Below the pieces are notes generated by a model that was not told the origin of the DNA, searched no databases, and saw only the letters and a list, made by a program, of their open reading frames with translations. 64,000 nucleotides of DNA from Cyanidioschyzon merolae (taxonomy: Eukaryota), in the NCBI GenBank assembly GCA_000091205.1, contig AP006499.2. The stretch is one strand, 5' to 3'. The first letter of the stretch is position 1, and each line of letters opens with the position of its first letter. This document shows, one piece after another, positions 13,301-21,818 of this stretch. A program made the translations under genes and the position numbers.

Positions 13301-14356
13301 AGCGCATTCCTCTTGGAGACGCTGCTCGCGATCCCGCAGAAGCTGTAACTGCTTTTGCAACTGCAAGCTCTCCTCGGATGCTTTTCTGTACTCAGCATCA
13401 ACTTGACTGTACTCAGCAGTGATGCGAGTAAGCAGTCGCTCCAGATCTTGGGTTGTTTCCGTGAGTTCTTTGCCGAGTTCGCGCCATAAACGATCACGTT
13501 CCTCAGTCCGGATTCGGATTTCGTCACGCAGCGCCTGCAACTGCCGGCGCCGTTCGACCTCCTTTGCACGCGCTTCCTCAAGCTCTGTGACCGCTCGTAT
13601 TTTCTCACTCAGTTCCGTTTCGAGGGTCCCCAGCGAATTCGACCATTCGAGGCATTGGGCTTGCATGCTTCGACAGTTTCGTTGCTTTTGCTTCAGGTTT
13701 TCGAGGCGATCCCGCCAACGCTCTAGTTCCGAATGCAGAATCTTGAGTTCGGCGAGCTTCTGCTGCGCACACTTCTGAATCGCGATGAGGGCTTTTGCGT
13801 AACCGCGTGCCTCGAAAATATCGTCGAATTTTTCCTTGACTTTCTTCGGATCTTGCAACGGCCATAGGGACTCTTCTTGATGAACGAAAATCACGTTCTC
13901 TAGAACCGCCTGGCGCACACCAAGAAACGCTGGAGCCATCGCATTAATGTCATTGCATCGGTTTGAGGTTTTGATGTGCTGTCCGTCCTTGTCCCGAATG
14001 CTGAGGCTTGTCTCCACGGTGCTGAAACTCTGTTTCCCAGCAGTTGTGAGCCGAAGCTGGAGCTGGCGGTTCACGGTAATCTGTCGACCAAGCGCGTCTT
14101 CAAATAGCAGGCGAATTTTGGCCTTCGTTTCCTTGCTTTCACGCAAACGTGGATCGTGCACAAAAGCGGCGCCTTTGTCGACGAGCGGCGGCAACTCGCC
14201 AGTCGTTGCCAAGCGCAGGCACTCCACTATGGTAGTCTTTCCGGTGCCGTTCGCCCCCAGTATGACGGTTATCGGCGCCTGGAAGCGTAGGCGTTGCTCT
14301 TCATCCGGACCGAAACTCCGTACGCCTGAGAAGCCTAGTTTGATCAGACGTGACAT
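10388..14356 (-). CDS. RAD50: DNA double-strand break repair protein Rad50
   Basis: About 1322 aa. N-terminal Walker A ([20 protein letters not shown]...[29 protein letters not shown], cf. human MSRIEKMSILGVRSF...GPNGAGKTTIIECLKY), long coiled coils, a zinc-hook CPLCDR (...[12 protein letters not shown]...), and C-terminal signature/Walker B/D-loop ([42 protein letters not shown]...ILITHEERF). The ORF track starts at a GTG at 14362, and the first ATG is at 14356. Confidence 0.92.
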   Translation of the reverse strand: [1322 protein letters not shown]

Positions 14357-14440
14357 AAACACACGAACAGGCGACCTTTCTCGCGCCTAAACGACAAACG
14401 TTGCTGCGGTCGACAGCATCGTAGTGGCGGCGAACGCGCC

Positions 14441-16704
14441 CTATCCAAGACGTCTCCAACTGATGTGCAGACGCGTCCCAGTCTTTTCGGACCGGCCACC
14501 TACTAATGCATTCGACTTCTTCTCGTATATATCCATCTTGACAGATTGTCCCACAAAATGCTCTCGTGTCAATTCGGGAGGTCTCGTCTCCAGCACCGCA
14601 CATCTTATGTTGATTGCGGCATTAAAACGTCGGTTCACGAACTCCATATGTTTCTTGCCGTTGCTTTTAGAACTCACTCATGCACGTGGCCCTTCAACTT
14701 TCATCCTCCTTTCCATTTGCTCTTCCGTCAGCGCTCCGTACTTTTCTATATCTTCAGGGCTCAGCTGACACTTTTCCATCTCGACTCTCTGAAGTGTGCA
14801 CCCCGTTCATGGTGTGTATACGATGTTCGAAACTCATCTATCGGTATCGTAACGATACGCCTGGCGCATTCCTTGTACGTTTTTGTCGACGGAGCTGGCG
14901 TAGTCCCTTTTTTGGACGCCCTGCTGCATATGCTTCTACTAGCCTTTGACTCTCGTCCTCCGTGAAAGCGCTCAACTGATTGAAAAAGTTGGCGAATGCA
15001 CGCTGCTTCCTACAGTACATGTTCATACGCTGCCGAGCCGGCCGGGGCGTGGTACACTCTCCTCACAGCACATCCCAATGAGCAACGCGAACTTGTATGA
15101 ATTTCAGAAAAGCCTCAAAGTTCGCGCCGCGGCTCGTCACCTCGCTCAAAGCTTCCAGGTGCTCTTTCACTCCTGCATGCCATGTCTCACTTTTCTTCCT
15201 CGCATTCATGATTCCCGATTCTCGATAGAATCCCGCTCTCGAGAATCTCAAAAGACGCACGTCTTTCTGGCGCAAGTTACCGTCGATGCTCTCTTCCATA
15301 CGCTTCGGTGCTGCGATGGTTCTGATTATCGTGTGTTCCCATGGTCCGAGCCAGTGACAAAATCGTTACCCTGAACTTTCTGCGTCACTGGATCCGCCTT
15401 TTTGTTTTCTTCATGCTTCGTCATGGGCGATATCGAAGACGTAACTGGACGTTTCGCCTTCAAGCGCCGATAGTGTACGCACATGGCTACTCCATCGGTT
15501 TCGATTATCCCAGTGAATACCTTTTGCTTGCTTACTTTGAGTCGTTTGAAATCGAAGGTATTCTTCCAGTAGGTCTCCCGGTTTTCACCGGGGAACTCCG
15601 TGTTGCTTTCATCGAACTCCGGACGGATCTCCTTCGTGATGCTGTAGAGGACTCTGGAGTCGATGGTCACAAAATTTGACTCGATGTTGCACAACGGAAC
15701 GCAATTGAAGCGCTTCCCCATTAGGAAAGCCTTACGTCTCTCCCACTCTTCATTGTTTTTCCTTACTCAGCTTCATCTCCGCGTTGCGTTCTAGTTCTCG
15801 GTTCAAAAACATGAAATATCGCAAGACGAGGCGATTGTATCTTTCCTTATCTTTTTTTCAACTCTGATATCTTTTCCGCTGGACTCGCCAGCCCCAGTAC
15901 CGCACGGTGCTCTTGTATAACCGCACGGATTACGGAAGCTTCATTTGTGCCCTCGTTTGACGCCTTCTTGTCGACGAATTCGACCTCATCTTCATGCTTG
16001 GGATCCTTCGTGATGCCATTGATAATCGCCCACATTCCTTTGCGAGAGATGCCAGGGTACAGCGCAAACACGGCGCGTATCATGAAATGTTCGAGGTTCA
16101 CTGTGAAATGGTTCTTCAGGTTCGTGATGTACTTCATCGCTCCGTAGGTGTAAATATCCGCTTCACCCTTGTATCGAGTACCGTTGAAGCGGTATTCGGC
16201 GTAATTTTCGTGAACGCCATGCACTCGCTCATTTCTCCTCGACGGTTCCCCTGTACCAAGCATCAGGTGACGAATAAAGGTCTTGTCGAAAAACTCGTAC
16301 GGAACCTCGTCTGTTTCCATGTGCGTCACGTCGCGATACATCTCCTTTACGAAATGCAGCAGTCCTGACGATGCCTTTACAATACTCATGGGGTACGAGT
16401 CGACACGGTTTCTGATGGCGTCTCGCAACTTTTGCCTGCAGAGATCCTTGATATGCCCAAAAAGACAGGCTTTCACCACCATCTCGTCGTTGTGTCGTCT
16501 TTCGTGCGGGTTCTGACTTCGGGCTTCCCTGTTTTGCTTCTTCGTCTTGTCTTGTTCCTCTTTGCTCCGCCATGTTTTTCGTTGTCTCCGGCAGCCAGTG
16601 ACATTTAGCCTCCAGGTCCTCAACTTGCTTTTCCATAACTTTCTTGTATTTATTTTGGAAAGGAACGCACGTAGAACGCTTCTGCTACAAACGGCGAAAA
16701 TCAC
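14441..16704 (-). pseudogene. Degenerate Fanzor/TnpB-like nuclease ORF (copy 1), multiple frameshifts plus in-frame TGA
   Basis: Minus-strand ORF pieces 15847..16704, 15326..15721, 15063..15299, 14838..15026 and 14441..14677 concatenate into one protein homologous to copy 3. Motifs: [10 protein letters not shown] (RuvC-I-like GxDxGxT), YKECARRIVTIPIDEFRTSYTHHE (cf. TnpB V-x-V-NPAYTSQTC preceding the zinc finger), and ...KHMEFVNRRFNAAINIRCAV (TnpB RuvC-III ADxNAAxNIlrrG, but the catalytic Asp is Arg in this copy). There are two frameshifts around 15722-15846 and an in-frame TGA before the RuvC-III segment. Confidence 0.6.
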
Positions 16705-16913
16705 TTGAATGAGCTTACTTGAGGGTTGGAAAACAATTCAGCTGAAAAACTATACTTTGCTATTACTTGAACGCAAATACAACTTTTACGGTAGAACAAC
16801 ACGCAAATATTCAGGATCGCGTTTCCCTTCAACGGCGAGATACTCCTCCTGTCTCATGCCTGCCAGATATCCCAGGTGTGCGTATCGACCACGCTATATA
16901 GAACAAATAACAG

Positions 16914-17568
16914 AGACTAACGATGAACTAGCAACGATATAAATATTTATTCCCCCTAGATGAAACGTTAAAAACGGTAAAGGCTTCCCGTACTGTCGAA
17001 AGTTTACCTTACAGGCGGAGGGTCCCGCGAGCCGGGCGACTCTGCTGGGCTGGTGCCCGGTGTGCCTCTAAAGTGGCAGGTGCTGTGGCGAGACCTGAGC
17101 AACTCGTCCGAAACGCAGTTCAAGCTGGAATAAGGGGCATTTGGCCTGCGTTTCAGCGTCGCCCCGGTCGCAGTGGACTCCCAGCATATCGCTTCGCGCT
17201 GCCGCAGACAGTATGTCTGTCCGCGTAGCTTGCAGGCTCCCCGAATAATTATGTATTCCGACCTCGTGTCGAGTGCACCACGCCTCGAGTCAACGCCCGC
17301 AGCGGAACAGCAAAGCCGTACAGTCTCCGGGATATATCTGCTCTGGCGGTTTTGGCGCCACCGCGGGGGCCGCAAGGCAGGCACTCAGCACACGATAGCG
17401 TGTACAAAACGACCCGTATACTCGGGAGGAAGTAAAAGCAATGGAACTTGAGGGCAGGTGCTTCATGATGGACGCCTTTTCGATTACCACTATCCATCCC
17501 GCAATCTGGGATCCATGGTCGATGGAGACGAATTTTGTCATCGGAAAAAATCGATCGCCATCCCATCG
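16914..17568. repeat. Repeat A (655 bp), the 5' non-coding module of the Fanzor-like element; near-identical direct repeat of 18844-19497
   Basis: About 99% identical to 18844-19497, with only a handful of substitutions and one 1-nt indel by eye. A roughly 80% diverged homologue lies at about 55925-56550 inside copy 3. Confidence 0.9.
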
Positions 17569-17781
17569 GCCTGATGGCGCTCCTGATGGCAATGCGCGCC
17601 TGTATACAACAGGGGCGCGAAACTGTCTCGGTTCCCATACGGGTCGTGTTTCACGTTAACGCTGCTCGACTCCTGTGTGTTTGTGTGTGCCCGACGTGAT
17701 AGTGGCCAAGCGGGAAGGCTCGCCCTTCTTTCCATTGAACCGTTATGCGTGGAATCCTCACCTGTAAAACTACCTGTTGTG

Positions 17782-18384
17782 ATGCAGAGACCTTTGGTTG
17801 CGCTGAAGATCGTTCTCGTGGGCAATAGTGCAGTGGGCAAGTCATCTCTCTTGCTACGATTTGCGGAAGGCACGTTTGCGGAACTGCCAGCCACAGTAGG
17901 CGTAGACTTTCGAGTGATCTCACTGGAAAACGTCCAGGGCTATCGTGTCAAACTCACCTGCTGGGACACCGCGGGACAGGAAAAGTTTCGCACCCTGACG
18001 TCATCTTATTATCGCGGTGCACACGGTGTTATTATGGTGTACGGTATAGATGATCCAGAGTCGCTGAAGCATCTTGAGACAGCTTGGCTAGAAGAAGCGA
18101 GACGGTATGTGAATAACCCAAACGCTGTTTATATGATAGTGGGCAACAAATCGGACCTGCCGACTGCTGTGGTGCCCAGGGCAGACGGGCGGCGACTCGC
18201 TGAGCGTGTTGGCGCACTCTTTCTCGAGACAAGTGCAAAGTCAGGTTCTGGAGTATCGGAGTGCTTTGTAGAGCTTGTTGCACGTATATTGGAGGCACAA
18301 CCCCATGTAACAGGTGATGGCGAGCAAGCAGGAGTTCAACTGGAAGCCGGTCCGTATCATGAAACAGCCTCATGTCTTTGTTGA
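17782..18384 (+). CDS. Rab-family small GTPase, Rab18-like
   Basis: LKIVLVGNSAVGKSSLLLRFAEGTF...VGVDF...WDTAGQEKFRTLTSSYYRGAHGVIMVYGIDD...VGNKSDL...ETSAKSGSGVSECFVELVARILE and a C-terminal CLC prenylation motif. This matches the Rab18 pattern GVGKSSLLLRF / [27 protein letters not shown] closely. The ORF track begins at 17677, and I take the Met at MQRPLVALKIV as the start. Confidence 0.8.
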   Translation: MQRPLVALKIVLVGNSAVGKSSLLLRFAEGTFAELPATVGVDFRVISLENVQGYRVKLTCWDTAGQEKFRTLTSSYYRGAHGVIMVYGIDDPESLKHLETAWLEEARRYVNNPNAVYMIVGNKSDLPTAVVPRADGRRLAERVGALFLETSAKSGSGVSECFVELVARILEAQPHVTGDGEQAGVQLEAGPYHETASCLC

Positions 18385-18843
18385 TCATCGCCGAGCTGAG
18401 CATCGCGCTGTGCACACTAGACATGATTCGGAAGCGATGGACCTGGATTTCGAGCCGAGTGGGGAGGCTCTGCAGCTGAATAGCACCAAGCTTGTAAAAT
18501 TCTCCTAACAACATACATATTTGCAGACATTAGGTAGTGCACAATTTGATGACCCGCACAACAGCGAGTTTGCGGTATGTCTCGAAAATCCAGTGGGCAT
18601 GTGCAGAGATACACATATGAGGTACAAGGCAAATTCCACAAGAATCCGACGATGCGTCTCAAGTGTACGGATTGTTTGTCCACGTCATCGGTGCATAAAG
18701 AAGCCGCTACACGGCACCGTGACGCAAAGACAGGTATCACACCGACGCTTTCAGAAAAGTACACACTTTGCGTAGCGCATTGCTGCGCGTCTTTCCAAGG
18801 TCCAGCGAAACCGAATCGAGCCTAGATCGAGGTGCACAGCAGG

Positions 18844-19497
18844 AGACTAACGATTAACTAGCAACGATACAAATATTTATTCCCCCTAGATTAAACGTTA
18901 AAAACGGTAAAGGCTTCCCGTACTGTCGAAAGTTTACCTTATAGGCGGAGGGTCCCGCGAGCCGGGCGACTCTGCTGGGCTGGTGCCCGGTGTGCCTCTA
19001 AAGTGGCAGGTGCTGTGGCGAGACCTGAGCAACTCGTCCGAAACGCAATTCAAGCTGGAATAAGGGGCATTTGGCCTGCGTCTCAGCGTCGCCCCGGTCG
19101 CAGTGGACTCCCAGCATATCGCTTCGCGCTGCCGCAGACAGTATGTCTGTCCGCGTAGCTTGCAGGCTCCCCGAATGATTATGTATTCCGACCTCGTGTC
19201 GAGTGCACCACGCCTCGAGTCAACGCCCGCAGCGGAACAGCAAAGCCGTACAGTCTCCGGGATATATCTGCTCTGGCGGTTTTGGCGCCACCGCGGGGGC
19301 CGCAAGGCAGGCACTCAGCACACGATAGCGTGTACAAAACGACCAGTATACTCGGGAGGAAGTAAAAGCAATGGAACTTGAGGGCAGGTGCTTCATGATG
19401 GACGCCTTTTCGATTACCACTATCCATCCCGCAATCTGGGATCCATGGTCGATGGAGACGAATTTTGTCATCGGAAAAATCGATCGCCATCCCATCG
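18844..19497. repeat. Repeat A' (solo copy of the element's 5' module), direct repeat of 16914-17568
   Basis: Near-identical to repeat A. It is not accompanied by the Fanzor-like ORF and lies between the Rab18-like and p23 genes. Confidence 0.9.
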
Positions 19498-19622
19498 ACG
19501 CGCTTCCAATGCCTTCGCGGAGCCGACGGCGTCCGCGTGTCCCGCAGCATCCGTATCTTGTTGCGTCTACTTAGGTGCGCAACACAGGTAACAGAGTATT
19601 CGTCTGAGATCAGGTACGTGAA

Positions 19623-20333
19623 ATGGTGCTTACTCCAGATTTTTGTTGGGCGCAACGCAAAGACAAGGTATTCGTCACCGTGAAGGTTCCAAACGTGCAG
19701 AAAGACACTGCTGTCCTGAAGGTCACCCCCGAAGGACAGGTGTACTTTAAGGGAACCGGCGGTGAGATTGGGCACGAACGGGAGTATGAGCTCGACATTC
19801 GGTTGCTTCACGGAATCAAGGCGGAGGAAGCACAGCACGGCATCCAAGCGAGGCAAGTGTACTTTGTGTTGCCTAAAGCGGAGGCCGGTGAATGGTGGCC
19901 ACGACTCCTTCACGATCCGGGCCGAAATGTACACCTGTCCGTGGACTGGAACCTCTGGGTCGACGAGGACGAGGATGATCAGTTTGATTTCGGTAGTCAC
20001 TTTGGATCGCGTGATATGGCCGACCTGGACTTTGGAATGGGTGACGACGACGACCTTGGTGACGACGAGGACGACGACGACGACGACGAAGGCGTTGATG
20101 GCGAGGGCGGCCTCGGCGACACGGAAGAAAAGGAGGACGCCCAGGAAGCCGCGGCGGACGTGACGCCGACGTTGTCTGAGAACCACATGCACCGCGATCA
20201 GGAGGCAGATGAGAATGACGTTGTTAAGAGCGAGCCAGGTACCGTGACTGAGGCTGCCAAGGATCTGGGTAAAAATGCCGAGTCCGTACAGGCAGCGTCA
20301 ACCGAGGGGCCTGCGTCAGTGTTTTCCTCTTGA
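19623..20333 (+). CDS. HSP90 co-chaperone p23/Sba1-like (CS domain) with poly-acidic C-terminal tail
   Basis: PDFCWAQRKDKVFVTVKV...WPRLL...LSVDWNLWVDEDEDD parallels human p23 (WYDRRDYVF...WPRLTKE...LSVDFNNWKDWEDD), followed by D/E-rich low complexity (GAC/GAG repeats at about 20040-20100). Confidence 0.75.
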   Translation: MVLTPDFCWAQRKDKVFVTVKVPNVQKDTAVLKVTPEGQVYFKGTGGEIGHEREYELDIRLLHGIKAEEAQHGIQARQVYFVLPKAEAGEWWPRLLHDPGRNVHLSVDWNLWVDEDEDDQFDFGSHFGSRDMADLDFGMGDDDDLGDDEDDDDDDEGVDGEGGLGDTEEKEDAQEAAADVTPTLSENHMHRDQEADENDVVKSEPGTVTEAAKDLGKNAESVQAASTEGPASVFSS

Positions 20334-21818
20334 GCTGGACACGAGGCTTGATAGGTTGCGTACAACTGCCAGCGATTATTTTCAGTAAAAGATTCACAAA
20401 AATCGTGCACAAGATGTTTACCATCGTTTAACCATAGTTTTTCTCCAGTAATAGCATTCTAGGCCTGAGCATACCGCGCCGTGCGGCGGCAGCATGGTCG
20501 ATTGCGTGCCTGGGCCCTGAGCGACTGAAAATCCATCGTGTTCCGAGCGCTGTGCTCGCAAACCTCGTTCACAGTTGTTCCATGAGGTCTGCATACCCGC
20601 CAGAAGCTGTGATCTGCAGCAAGTGGCGAGCTTGTCTAGAACAGCGCGCGGCAGGTCGCCGAGAGTTGTGTTGTGTCATGACTTGTGCGGCATTTTCGGG
20701 TATTACATACGAGCTGCCCGAGCATACCACCAGATGATCCGTTTCTTGAACAGGGCAGTGAGGAATCCCAAAGTTGCCTGCACCGATGCGGGTGCGTCAG
20801 CAGACACGCGCGCATAGATTCATGGCGCACGACACATCGCCGCCGTCGTTATCACGCGCGCGCCTTCCGCACACCTTTCTCGGATCCATGGACGAATGTC
20901 TCAAACAATGGCTCACGCATTCTGTCCACTCATGTATCCGAAGCGCACACCGTGCACTCGGATTCCGGTTAAAGCGATGCAGTTCAACTGGGGCCGGCTC
21001 CGCACGCGACTCAGGGAATGCACCTGAACTGCGACCAACACGCTTTCAGTCCGTGCGTTCGTTCGAAGCTCTGTACGCGCATTGGCTGATCATGGAACCC
21101 GATTTTGTCTAAGTTCAGGTTTCCGGGTGTGTTGCTCGGAGAGGACGTGCGTGCCCAAGTCGTGCATTACCCTGGTGTAGCAAATACAATGCGTTTTGCG
21201 CATTTCTGTGATATGCGACCAAGACACTGCTGCTTCGGAGTGTATGATCCTCTCAGCAACTGAAGTTGACACCCCAGGAGCACCGGCATGAATCACCCTG
21301 TCTCCGTGCAGCGTCCGCAGCGATGCTGCGGGCACCCCGGTGACCGCTCACGAGAGGCACGACACCCCGAGGATCGTATGAATGTTTCACGATCCCCCAA
21401 GTCTCGATAGGACGTGTTCGTCGTCTGTGGAGGATCTTGTGCGGAGTAGTGATTACGTCCCTGAATGCCGATACCAGCTGACAGCCTGACCATCCATCGG
21501 TAGCTTCATAGAACCGCAGCCCCCGCCCCCGCCACCGGCACCATCGAAAGCGAAACATGCGCTGAAATACAGCGCAGCGGATGGATCCTGTACATACTAG
21601 GTTAAAGACATCCACAAGATGATCCACGGACCCCTGTGTCATGGCGTGCATGCGCATCGCCCGCGGCATCGCGAGGCGCACGCCGCCTCGAATCCAACGG
21701 GAGGCAACGGTGCGTGCGCTGCTGCTGATGCGTGCTGCGGATCCTCTGACGCGGGTACGCCTGTTGCGCTTTCGACGTGTAGGCACCTTGCGAGCGGTGA
21801 TCGAAGCGCTAGATTCTA

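Larger units (their letters stand above)
14373..17568 (-). mobile_element. TnpB/Fanzor-like (OMEGA-family RuvC nuclease) element, copy 1: 3' conserved tail + degenerate ~2.3 kb ORF + ~0.86 kb 5' non-coding module (repeat A)
   Basis: Homologous throughout at about 80% nucleotide identity to 53468-56560 (same orientation), with a partial copy at 50380-50770 (opposite strand). The ORF fragments carry TnpB-type motifs (see pseudogene entry). The element fills the whole Rad50(-)/Rab18(+) intergenic region. Confidence 0.6.

Noticed and set aside
14546-14965. Plus-strand ORFs inside the Fanzor-like element (e.g. 14546..14965, 15341..15679, 54437..54919)
   Set aside because: They are antisense to the nuclease frames and are not conserved as ORFs between copies 1 and 3.
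17004-17384. 126-aa ORF (identical in A and A') as a real protein-coding gene of the element
   Set aside because: Identity between A and A' is uninformative at 99% nucleotide identity. I see no motif and no clear preservation in the diverged copy 3 module, so it is kept as a question rather than a call.
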